Below are positions 1 to 8,323 of a DNA stretch of 35,019 nucleotides, one piece after another. Source of the DNA: an uncultured Clostridia bacterium. Lineage in GTDB: Bacteria > Bacillota > Clostridia > Oscillospirales > Acutalibacteraceae. The stretch lies in assembly GCA_945869905.1 (NCBI GenBank), contig CAMBQD010000001.1, positions 1-35,019 on the forward strand, given 5' to 3'. The notes under the pieces are model-generated. The model had not been told where the DNA came from and did not search any database. It was given only the letters and a program-made list of their open reading frames with translations. Every line of letters starts with the position of its first letter. Positions within the stretch are counted from its first letter, which is position 1. Position numbers and translations under genes: made by a program.

Positions 1-1
1 C

Positions 2-1696
2 TGCTTTACTGTTGAAAATCCTGAGCTGTGGTACACAAGGGAGCTGTCCCAAAGAGATAGGCAGCCTCTTTATACCATAGTTTTTGAAAGCAAGGAAGAA
101 AAGGTTGAGAAAAAAATAGGCCTGCGTTCCCTTTATCTTGACACAGGCGCAGACCAATACGGCAATAATTTCTGCTTTGTCCTAAACGGTGAAAAAATAT
201 TTGCCAAGGGTGCAAATCTTATTCCGTTTTCCGCAATATATGAGGACAGTGACAACAGCACCGTTGATTACTACCTTGACCTTGCCCAAAAATCAAACTT
301 TAATATAATCAGAATTTGGGGCGGCGGCAGCTATGCAGGTGATTACCTCATAAATCAGTGTGACGAAAGGGGTATACTTGTTTGGCAGGACTTTTGCTTT
401 GCCTGTCAAATGTATCCGTTTTACGAAAAAGAATTTACAGACAGTGTTTTGGCAGAGGTAAAGGCAAATGTAAAAAGGCTTACCACCCACCCAAGCCTTG
501 CACTGTGGTGCGGCAACAACGAGCTGGAGGTAATGTTCTCCTATCTGCCAAAGGGCACAAAGCTAATGGAGGCATATGAAAAATTCTTTTACCACACACT
601 GCCCGAATTTATCAGTGATTTGACAGATGCTTCATACATACCCACGTCACCGATAGGCAGTGCCTGCTTTAAGGAGTATTCCAGTGACAATGTAGGCGAC
701 ACTCATATGTGGAACGTATGGCACGGACTTAAAAAGCTTGATTACTACACCACAAGGTATTCACGCTTTCTGTCTGAATTCGGCTTGGAATCACTGCCGT
801 CAATGAAGGCCATTAAAACCTTTGCTCCGCCGGAGGAATACGACATAACCTCCCCCTGCTTTAACCGGCACCAAAAATGCCTTGGCGGTAATAAAAAGAT
901 GCTGTTTTATCTTACAGAGATGTTTGATTTTCCCAAGCATTTTCAGGATTTGCCATACCTTACAGGAATTGTGCAGGCTGAGTGCATAAAAAATGCAACA
1001 AACCATTTCAGGCAAAACAAGGGCAGGTGCAACGGCTCAATCTTTTGGCAGTTTAACGATGTATGGAACTGCCCAAGCTGGTCATCGGTGGATTTTGAGG
1101 GTGTACCAAAGGCACTTCAGTATAAGTCAAGGGAATTTTTTGCACCTGTTACGGTAAGCTGTAAAAAGGAAAAGGGCAAGGCGGTTATCTACGCCCATAA
1201 TGATACACTTAAGGAGGTAAATATCGACCTCACCCTTAAGCTGTATAACCCCGACAAAACCAAACAGTATAATATAACCCTTGCACCCAACAGCTGTAAG
1301 GCAGTTGACGAAATCGGCGTAAACAGTCAGTCAGTGCTTCAGCTTTGCTTTAACGGTGAGGTTATAACTGAAATATTCACCGCTCCGTCAAGTCTCCGTT
1401 TGAAAAAAGCAAATATCACTTCATCACTTGAGGGCAACAGCCTGACACTTAAAAGCGACACCTTTGCAAGTAACGTGTTTATCGACAGTGATGAAATTCC
1501 AAGTGACAATTATTTTTCACTGGCAAAGGGAGAGGAAAGGACGGTTACCTTTGATAAACCGCCGAAAAGCTACAGCATAACCTGTACAAACAATATTGAG
1601 TTTAAAAAATCCGGTATAAAGAAAAAGCTTTTCAGATTTTTCTACCGCCTTAATCCCGTAAACATAGCAAACTATTTTTACTACACCTATAACTAA
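2..1696 (+). CDS. GH2 beta-mannosidase-like glycoside hydrolase (5' end outside window)
   Basis: The frame of ORF 410..1696 reads as GH2 sequence from base 2 (CFTVENPELWY...KIGLR...NGEKIFAKGANLIP). Motifs HPSLALWCGNNE, GDTHMWNVWHG, RFLSEFG and FWQFNDVW are typical of GH2 beta-mannosidases. Confidence 0.85.
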   Translation, partial: CFTVENPELWYTRELSQRDRQPLYTIVFESKEEKVEKKIGLRSLYLDTGADQYGNNFCFVLNGEKIFAKGANLIPFSAIYEDSDNSTVDYYLDLAQKSNFNIIRIWGGGSYAGDYLINQCDERGILVWQDFCFACQMYPFYEKEFTDSVLAEVKANVKRLTTHPSLALWCGNNELEVMFSYLPKGTKLMEAYEKFFYHTLPEFISDLTDASYIPTSPIGSACFKEYSSDNVGDTHMWNVWHGLKKLDYYTTRYSRFLSEFGLESLPSMKAIKTFAPPEEYDITSPCFNRHQKCLGGNKKMLFYLTEMFDFPKHFQDLPYLTGIVQAECIKNATNHFRQNKGRCNGSIFWQFNDVWNCPSWSSVDFEGVPKALQYKSREFFAPVTVSCKKEKGKAVIYAHNDTLKEVNIDLTLKLYNPDKTKQYNITLAPNSCKAVDEIGVNSQSVLQLCFNGEVITEIFTAPSSLRLKKANITSSLEGNSLTLKSDTFASNVFIDSDEIPSDNYFSLAKGEERTVTFDKPPKSYSITCTNNIEFKKSGIKKKLFRFFYRLNPVNIANYFYYTYN

Positions 1697-1698
1697 AC

Positions 1699-1730
1699 AA
1701 AACAGGCAGTCATTTGTACTGCCTGTTTTT
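1699..1730. terminator. Bidirectional intrinsic terminator
   Basis: AAAACAGGCAGT-7nt-ACTGCCTGTTTT between convergent genes. Confidence 0.8.
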
Positions 1731-1741
1731 GTATTTTATTA

Positions 1742-2230
1742 TTACGAACATACTCCCGTATTACTGCAACTAATTGTAAGTGTTCGATTTATTGTCTTTA
1801 CCGGTATACCCAATGAGTATTTTTTTATTGTAAAATTACCTGTTGCTTTTCTTCCGCTTTTTGATGAAGTAGCTGTTGTTACTTTCCAATTGCCGTTGTA
1901 TATGGTGTAAGACGTAGTTGCGTTTGTACAGGTAGCCGAGCTCCCTGTATAGTTAAACGTAGCTGTCAACTTAACAGCCCATTCCTTAACATTATTTGAA
2001 TTGTAATAGTTAGAATATTTTGTCTTACTTACCGTTGATGTTGAAAAAGCCGAAATTATACTCGTTTCAAATTCAGTAACAATATAACTTCCGTCTTCAA
2101 AATATTCAATACTTCTCTCTGTATTATCTGATAAATCCATTTCATCATTTGCTAATGCAGTAAAAGGAAATGTAAATAATGCAATCAATACTAAAAATAA
2201 AGTTACAAATCTTTTCATTTTATTTCTCAT
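1742..2230 (-). CDS. Secreted hypothetical protein (signal peptide, Ser/Thr-rich beta domain)
   Basis: MRNKMKRFVTLFLVLIALFTFPFTALA-N signal peptide. Start at 2230 or 2218, coupled to the upstream stop at 2220, is more plausible than the track start at 2347. Confidence 0.7.
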   Translation of the reverse strand: MRNKMKRFVTLFLVLIALFTFPFTALANDEMDLSDNTERSIEYFEDGSYIVTEFETSIISAFSTSTVSKTKYSNYYNSNNVKEWAVKLTATFNYTGSSATCTNATTSYTIYNGNWKVTTATSSKSGRKATGNFTIKKYSLGIPVKTINRTLTISCSNTGVCS

Positions 2231-2624
2231 CGCCAATAACTTCTCCATAAACAACCCCTTCTTCCATTCCGTCAACAATATATCCCGGATGATAAATATC
2301 ATCAACAACCACTGTAAGTACTCCGACTGCCCATATAAATAACGCAATAATTATACCGGCTGTAATGGCATTTCGGATATTCATTCGTTTTTTTATTTTG
2401 CGCGTATCAGCATTCTCAATAAATCCTTTTGCTATTTTCTCTGCTTCGCCGAAATGTTCACGAACACTGTTTATACCATTGACGGAATTTTCTTCTATGT
2501 AATCATAAACATCATTTTTAAAATCGTTGATAAACTTTCTTTGGGTTTTGTGGTCGCAAATAAGATATGACTTGATTTCTCTTATATATCCTTTTATATC
2601 TTTATTTAACTGTTTATCTGTCAT
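2220..2624 (-). CDS. Membrane protein with N-terminal HAAS/DUF6120-like helical domain and one TM helix
   Basis: YIREIKSYL...FINDFKNDVYDYIEE...VREHFGEAEKIAKGF pattern, then hydrophobic AITAGIIIALFIWAVGVLTVVV; overlaps the padR stop by 4 nt. Confidence 0.65.
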   Translation of the reverse strand: MTDKQLNKDIKGYIREIKSYLICDHKTQRKFINDFKNDVYDYIEENSVNGINSVREHFGEAEKIAKGFIENADTRKIKKRMNIRNAITAGIIIALFIWAVGVLTVVVDDIYHPGYIVDGMEEGVVYGEVIGDEK

Positions 2625-2971
2625 ATGTTATCGCAGTCCTCTTTTCTGTCAAGAATTTTGCTTATGCTCTTTGTAACTGAATCATAATCAGCAAGTATTT
2701 CCCTGTAATATTCTCTGCCGGCATCTTCAAGATGATAATATCTTCTCGTCCGTCGTACACCTACTTGCCGTGTATAATCGCTGATATATCCTGCCTCAGT
2801 TAATCGATATAGGATTGGATACAGCGACCCTTCAAGCATAGTGTAATCACCATCACTTTTTTCGGCAAAAGCCTGAGTAATTTGATAACCGTATAAATCC
2901 TCTTTGCTAAGCAGATATAAAACCAGCATCTCTGCTGTTCCTCTTTTAAAATTATCTGTGTTCTGTCCCAT
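2621..2971 (-). CDS. PadR-family transcriptional regulator
   Basis: FKRGTAEMLVLYLL...YGYQI...EGSLYPILYRL...RRYYHL...G; ATG at 2971 follows GGTGG (alternative GTG at 2980). Confidence 0.9.
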   Translation of the reverse strand: MGQNTDNFKRGTAEMLVLYLLSKEDLYGYQITQAFAEKSDGDYTMLEGSLYPILYRLTEAGYISDYTRQVGVRRTRRYYHLEDAGREYYREILADYDSVTKSISKILDRKEDCDNI

Positions 2972-3000
2972 ATAGCCCACCGTTATTTTGCTTTAAATAA

Positions 3001-3029
3001 ATACTAACACATAATACCTTTTCTGTAAA
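3001..3029 (-). promoter_or_regulatory. Putative sigma-A promoter of the padR operon
   Basis: TTTACA-17-TAGTAT on the - strand. Confidence 0.5.
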
Positions 3030-3051
3030 TACTTTTTCTGCAAATATATTG

Positions 3052-3080
3052 TTGACAATATATAATGTTTGTGCTATTGT
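3052..3080 (+). promoter_or_regulatory. Putative sigma-A promoter for 3186..4718
   Basis: TTGACA-17-TATTGT with extended -10 TG. Confidence 0.6.
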
Positions 3081-3185
3081 TAAATAAAGGAACAATAACT
3101 GCAAAAAAGAGGTGGTATATTTCATAAAAAAACTATTAACTGTCCGCTATTTAACAAACCGACTGAATTTATACAGGAGATATCT

Positions 3186-4148
3186 ATGAAAAAGTTTCTA
3201 ATTAGTATAATGACAATTCTCATTATGTTTTTCCCAACAATTTCTGCTTATGCAAACACATATATTGTTGAAGATAAAACAGAAGCAAGCGAAGAAATTA
3301 TCGATTTGACGGCTAACTCTTCTAATTTTTTTCGTGAAACACAAACTTTTAATAAAAATAGCATTTCGGAATATATTAAATTACATCCAAGCCAAAAGTC
3401 AAAAATCGTTTCCGCTGTTAAAAACGGAAACGAAATATGTTCTTTGGTAAATTATGATTATTACATATCAGAAAAATATGACAAATACGGAAACGTAATA
3501 GATAGTCACTTAATGACAAAAGATGAAGTTGATATTTATAAAAACGAACTAAAAGAAAGAAGTGTCCCTTTTTATGTTTCTAATATGACCACAAAAGCAT
3601 ATGGCTTAATTGACAGTGATTTTGAAGAAAAGGGCAAGCTTTCAATTGGATTAGTAGTAACAAAAAATTCTGACAACACTTATACTGCATTTGGTAATGC
3701 AAAATGGAATACAACGTCAATTGTTGGAGGAGCAAATTATCCGGATGCAGCAGGAGCTGACTTTTTTTCTATCACTTGGGGTGGTAACGGTGAATTAAAA
3801 TGTACCAAAGCGAGTGCCAGTGGTTCATACAATAACGGTACATCAATATCAATAAGCAGAGCTAAATCAGACACATATAAAGGTTATTGTTGGCAATTTT
3901 TGGAAAAGAAAAGCGGCACAGGTTCTTGTATGAAAAATTTATCAGCAGAGGTAAACCTCAAAAAGACATACTCAAAAAACAGGAACAAAGAAACAAACGT
4001 TATTTGCACATATATACATACTTATTCTAAGGTTACAGGTTCTATTTCATTCAACGCAGGCAAAAATAATCTTGCAGGTGGAATTACATTAGGAACAACA
4101 GAAAAGCAATGGCAAATATCTTGTGACGTTAGTGGGGTAAAATACTAA
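3186..4148 (+). CDS. Secreted hypothetical protein, beta-rich C-terminal domain
   Basis: AGGAG RBS; signal peptide MKKFLISIMTILIMFFPTISAYA; AT-rich codons; no family recognised. Confidence 0.8.
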   Translation: MKKFLISIMTILIMFFPTISAYANTYIVEDKTEASEEIIDLTANSSNFFRETQTFNKNSISEYIKLHPSQKSKIVSAVKNGNEICSLVNYDYYISEKYDKYGNVIDSHLMTKDEVDIYKNELKERSVPFYVSNMTTKAYGLIDSDFEEKGKLSIGLVVTKNSDNTYTAFGNAKWNTTSIVGGANYPDAAGADFFSITWGGNGELKCTKASASGSYNNGTSISISRAKSDTYKGYCWQFLEKKSGTGSCMKNLSAEVNLKKTYSKNRNKETNVICTYIHTYSKVTGSISFNAGKNNLAGGITLGTTEKQWQISCDVSGVKY

Positions 4149-4151
4149 ATT

Positions 4152-4718
4152 ATGAAAAACAAAATTTTTATAATTGCTCCTATCTTTTTGTTAGTTGTCG
4201 GAATTATTTCTCTTGCTGTTTATCATAATTCATTGGTCGAAATAAAAGATGAGCAAAGTGCCTTGAACGCTATAAGCAAAACACAAAACATTAATAGCCT
4301 TACTGATATCAAAATCGTAGACAAAGAAAAATACTTAGGGATATTTGGTCAATACAATGAAGACAAAGTCGGTATATTCATTTTTGAAAATGATCCTCTA
4401 TTTCGCAATCGTTATAAGTATTTTGGTAAAACCATAACAAAAAAAGGCATTGGTGATTTTGAATATAAGGGTAATGATAATAACAAATCTCAATATATTT
4501 TAGCTGTTGATATTTGTACTGAAAACGATAAAAAATATTCAGATTTAAACATTGAAATATTTACAACAGATATAGACACAGGAGAAAAGACAGTTTTACA
4601 GCAAAATAAAGTGTCTTCATTTCCTTACTGCAATTTATTCTGCATTGAGCTTGATTATGAAAATGATTTTTATTTCGACTATGTGATATATGACGATAAC
4701 CAAAATATAGTTATATAA
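4152..4718 (+). CDS. Membrane-anchored hypothetical protein
   Basis: N-terminal TM helix (IFIIAPIFLLVVGIISLAVY); starts 3 nt after the upstream stop. Confidence 0.75.
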   Translation: MKNKIFIIAPIFLLVVGIISLAVYHNSLVEIKDEQSALNAISKTQNINSLTDIKIVDKEKYLGIFGQYNEDKVGIFIFENDPLFRNRYKYFGKTITKKGIGDFEYKGNDNNKSQYILAVDICTENDKKYSDLNIEIFTTDIDTGEKTVLQQNKVSSFPYCNLFCIELDYENDFYFDYVIYDDNQNIVI

Positions 4719-4725
4719 AAAGATT

Positions 4726-4759
4726 AAACAGGACAGTTCATTTTGAACTGTCCTGTTTT
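4726..4759. terminator. Bidirectional intrinsic terminator
   Basis: AAACAGGACAGTTCA-TTT-TGAACTGTCCTGTTT between convergent genes. Confidence 0.85.
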
Positions 4760-4760
4760 G

Positions 4761-5645
4761 TTATGACAGGTTTGTTGATACAATTTTTTCAACCAATTCT
4801 TTTGTGGGGAAATCCATATAAATCGTTCCGTAATATTTACTGCTGTCAAGTGGATAACCGATAAACTGAGGATTGATATATTCTGAATTATTATAAGGTC
4901 CCTTAAGTCCGCCGGCAGTTGACAGATAATTTATAACGTAGCTGCCGTCAAATGCCTTCATTGTGTCAAGGAAGGGCTTAATACACTCCCTCCACCTGGG
5001 CTCAGGCTTATATTTATACCTGTCCTGAACGGTAAAGGTCATCTGATTTTCTCCGCTGGTTTTCAGCACAAGGGGCTGTGGCTCTGCCACGGTTTGCTCC
5101 ACCCAGCCTGAAAAATCAATGCCTGTGTTCAAATCGTTATATTCCTTTTTGTCTGCTTTTTTGCAACGGCGGATAAGCACAATTTTACCCCTGCATTCAG
5201 ACATACTCGGTGCTCTGTTTTCCAAAAACCATTTGTCCTCATTGCCCTTTATGTAGGTGTTATACAGATTATCAAAGCATTTTTCCTGTTCCCTGCCGCT
5301 ATCATTTTTAAACTGAAAAACAATAGCCTCCGTGGGATTTCTGCTTAAAAAATTATAGCAGTGATTAAGCACGTCCTCCATATCCATATGTCTTGAAATA
5401 TGACTTGGGTTAACAAAGGCATTGCAAATACCGTGCACCATTGACAATCTGTTGCCCTTTGACTTAACACGGATATCAAGGCACCTGACGCCCAGATTTA
5501 ACTGCTCATAAATATTTCTGTCCTGACATTTGGCGAAGTAAGACAGCTGAACATACTGCGTTACGCAATCGTGGGTGCCTGCAAGGTTAAGGCTGAACAA
5601 ATCACGGCCGTCATCAATATCCTTCATCCAAGCTCTTAAATTCAT
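4761..5645 (-). CDS. Phosphatidylinositol-specific phospholipase C (PI-PLC X domain)
   Basis: WMKDIDD...LNLAGTHD...CQDRNIYEQLNLGVRCLDIR...MVHG...RGKIVLIRR...VQD...GTIYMDF; likely start ATG 5645 after GGTGA; no signal peptide visible. Confidence 0.85.
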   Translation of the reverse strand: MNLRAWMKDIDDGRDLFSLNLAGTHDCVTQYVQLSYFAKCQDRNIYEQLNLGVRCLDIRVKSKGNRLSMVHGICNAFVNPSHISRHMDMEDVLNHCYNFLSRNPTEAIVFQFKNDSGREQEKCFDNLYNTYIKGNEDKWFLENRAPSMSECRGKIVLIRRCKKADKKEYNDLNTGIDFSGWVEQTVAEPQPLVLKTSGENQMTFTVQDRYKYKPEPRWRECIKPFLDTMKAFDGSYVINYLSTAGGLKGPYNNSEYINPQFIGYPLDSSKYYGTIYMDFPTKELVEKIVSTNLS

Positions 5646-5741
5646 ATTCATCACCAAAATAAATATAACATTTTTAAATACCGATTGCAAATGCACAAAT
5701 TATAAATTATAATTAATATGTAATATGCCCTGCATATAAAT

Positions 5742-5795
5742 TTAACATAGATTTAACATAAATCGTATATTTTTTTAACTGCGGGCATTTACTAT
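5742..5795 (+). promoter_or_regulatory. Pho box (PhoB/PhoP site) and -10 element
   Basis: TTAACA (5742), TTAACA (5753), degenerate CGTATA (5764) and TTAACT (5775) at an 11-bp period, then TACTAT at 5790; lies upstream of Na/Pi-phoB-phoR. Confidence 0.7.
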
Positions 5796-5864
5796 TAATG
5801 CAGGGTTTTGTCTGTTTTTTACATAGGCAATAAAGAATAATCCGAATGTATTAGAGGTAATCAT

Positions 5865-7631
5865 ATGACAATATTTGATTTGTTAACACTGCTTGGCGGT
5901 CTGGCAATGTTCCTGTTCGGTATGAGTGTAATGGGCGACAGCCTTGAAAAAGTCAGCGGCGGTAAGCTTGAAAGCATTTTGGAAAAAATGACGGACAACC
6001 GCATTAAAGGCGTACTGCTGGGCTTGGTCGTTACCGCAATTATACAATCCTCAGGTGCCGTAACCGTTATGGCAGTGGGCTTTGTAAACAGTGGAATTAT
6101 GGCTCTGCGTCAGGTAATCGGTATCATAATGGGTGCAAATATAGGCACAACCGTTACTGCATGGCTTTTGTCACTGACAGGCATTGAGGGCTCCAACATA
6201 TTTCTCCAGCTTCTCAAGCCCTCCTCCTTTGCGCCTGTTCTGGCATTTATAGGCATTGTTCTTTATATGTTCTCCAAAAATGATAAGAAAAAAAGTGTTT
6301 CCACCATTCTTATCGGCTTTGCCCTGCTTATGATTGGTATGGACACAATGAGCAGCTCCGTTGAGGGACTCAAAAACGTGCCGGAATTTACGGGAATACT
6401 TACCAAATTCACCAATCCTCTTTTAGGTGTAATTGCAGGCTTTTTGCTTACCACGGTTATGCAGAGCTCCTCTGCCTCTGTTGGTATACTTCAGGCGCTT
6501 TCAAGCACAGGCTCCGTTACTGTGGGTGCGGCATTTCCGATTATCCTTGGTCAAAACATCGGCTCCTGCACAACGGTTTTGCTGTCATCAATAGGTGCTA
6601 ATAAAAATGCCAAGCGTGCCGCCGGTGCACACCTTATGTTTAACGTGATCGGTGTACTTCTGGCAATGGCTTGCTTTTACGGTGCCAACGCTTTGTTTGA
6701 CCTACCGTTTTTTGACAAGGCTGTTAACCCTGCCGCTATTGCCATTATCCACTCTGTGTTCAATATTTTTGCAACGGTGGTTCTATTCCCCTTTGGCAAT
6801 CAGCTTGAAAAGCTTATGTGCGTGCTTATCAAGGATAAGCCGGAGGACAAGGCTCAGGCAGAAGCAAGCGAATCAGGTCTTGTTGACGAGCGTTTTATCA
6901 TTACTCCTTCATATGCACTTGAAAAGGTTAAGGAAAAATGCGACCAAATGGCTACACTGGCAAAAACAAATATTTCTATGAGCCTTGATTTTCTTAAGGT
7001 ATACAGCTCCTCCAAGGATGAAAAAATCCAGCAAAACGAAAAGCTGCTTGACAGGTATGAGGACGAGCTGGAAACCTATCTTGTAAAGATAAGTGCTCTT
7101 GATTTAGGCGTTACCGACTCAATGAGACTCAGCGAATATTCCCACGCAATAGGCAACTTTGAGCGTATCGGCGACTACGGTGTAAACATTCTTAAAACAA
7201 AAAGAAAAATGCACAAGGAGCATATCCATTTCACCGAAGACGCCAACAGGGAGCTTGACATTATGGGCAGGGCTGTTAAGGAAATTATTGAAAATTCCAC
7301 CACTGCCTTTATCAACGACGACGTGGAGCTGGCGCAGACAATCGAGCCCCTTGAGCAGGTAATTGACAACCTGAAGGCAGAGCTGAGGGCAAAGCACTCA
7401 AAGCGTATGAACGACGGTGAATGCACCATTGAAAACGGAATTTTATTTTTTGATATCATCAATGCCTTTGAGCGTATTGCAGACCACTGCTCAAATTTAG
7501 CCGTCTGCATAATTGAGCTTTCACAGGGCAGCTATCAAACCCACAGCTATCTTAAGGGCGTTAAAAATTCCGGCAACACCGGATTTATGAAAAGCTTTGA
7601 GGAATACCTTAATAAATACGCAATCAGATAA
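5865..7631 (+). CDS. Na+/Pi cotransporter family protein with C-terminal PhoU-like domains
   Basis: Duplicated QSS motifs (IIQSSGA, VMQSSSA), GANIGTT/GQNIGSC, and C-terminal ERIGDY/ERIADH. Confidence 0.95.
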   Translation: MTIFDLLTLLGGLAMFLFGMSVMGDSLEKVSGGKLESILEKMTDNRIKGVLLGLVVTAIIQSSGAVTVMAVGFVNSGIMALRQVIGIIMGANIGTTVTAWLLSLTGIEGSNIFLQLLKPSSFAPVLAFIGIVLYMFSKNDKKKSVSTILIGFALLMIGMDTMSSSVEGLKNVPEFTGILTKFTNPLLGVIAGFLLTTVMQSSSASVGILQALSSTGSVTVGAAFPIILGQNIGSCTTVLLSSIGANKNAKRAAGAHLMFNVIGVLLAMACFYGANALFDLPFFDKAVNPAAIAIIHSVFNIFATVVLFPFGNQLEKLMCVLIKDKPEDKAQAEASESGLVDERFIITPSYALEKVKEKCDQMATLAKTNISMSLDFLKVYSSSKDEKIQQNEKLLDRYEDELETYLVKISALDLGVTDSMRLSEYSHAIGNFERIGDYGVNILKTKRKMHKEHIHFTEDANRELDIMGRAVKEIIENSTTAFINDDVELAQTIEPLEQVIDNLKAELRAKHSKRMNDGECTIENGILFFDIINAFERIADHCSNLAVCIIELSQGSYQTHSYLKGVKNSGNTGFMKSFEEYLNKYAIR

Positions 7632-7642
7632 CGAGGTAAATT

Positions 7643-8323
7643 ATGGAAAACAACGGGCTTGTATATATTGTTGAGGACGATACCTCCATACGTGAGCTTG
7701 AAATGTATGCCCTTAAAAATGCAAATTTTGACGTGGAGGGCTTTGAGGACTCAACAGAATTTAAAAAGGCTTTGGCGCAAAAAATTCCGGATATGGTTTT
7801 GCTGGATATTATGCTGCCCCAAAGCGACGGACTGCAGGTGCTTAATCAAATCCGTAACACACCTGTGTACAGTAATATCCCTGTTATAATGGTAACGGCA
7901 AAAACCGGCGAAATTGACGCAGTTAAAGGTCTTGATATGGGGGCAGACGATTATATCACAAAGCCCTTTGGAGTAATGGAGCTGGTGTCAAGGGTAAAGG
8001 CTGTTTTACGCAGAACAGAGAAAAAGACTAAGCCCGTGCTTGCCTATAAAAACATTGTGCTTGACGAGGGACGTCACACCGTGCTTGTTGACGATAACGA
8101 GGTTGAGCTTACATACAAGGAATATGAAATTCTTAAGCACCTGATAAGAAACAAGGGAATTGTACTGACCCGCGACAGGCTTATGGAAATTGTATGGGGA
8201 TACAACTTTGAGCAGGGCAACAGAACGGTTGATGTTCACATTCAGTCCCTGCGAAAAAAACTGGGCTCCGCCGGCGAGCATATAAAAACAATACGCAATG
8301 TGGGCTATAAGGTCGGTGATTAA
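7643..8323 (+). CDS. PhoB/PhoP-like OmpR-family response regulator
   Basis: Receiver domain (VEDD, LLDIMLP, GADDYITKPF) and winged HTH (RTVDVHI, IRNVGY); context with Pi transporter and Pho box. Confidence 0.9.
   Translation: MENNGLVYIVEDDTSIRELEMYALKNANFDVEGFEDSTEFKKALAQKIPDMVLLDIMLPQSDGLQVLNQIRNTPVYSNIPVIMVTAKTGEIDAVKGLDMGADDYITKPFGVMELVSRVKAVLRRTEKKTKPVLAYKNIVLDEGRHTVLVDDNEVELTYKEYEILKHLIRNKGIVLTRDRLMEIVWGYNFEQGNRTVDVHIQSLRKKLGSAGEHIKTIRNVGYKVGD

Noticed and set aside
5725-5805. Short inverted repeats (CCCTGCAT/ATGCAGGG) flanking the Pho box
   Set aside because: 8-bp arms 62 bp apart could arise by chance; no further support.
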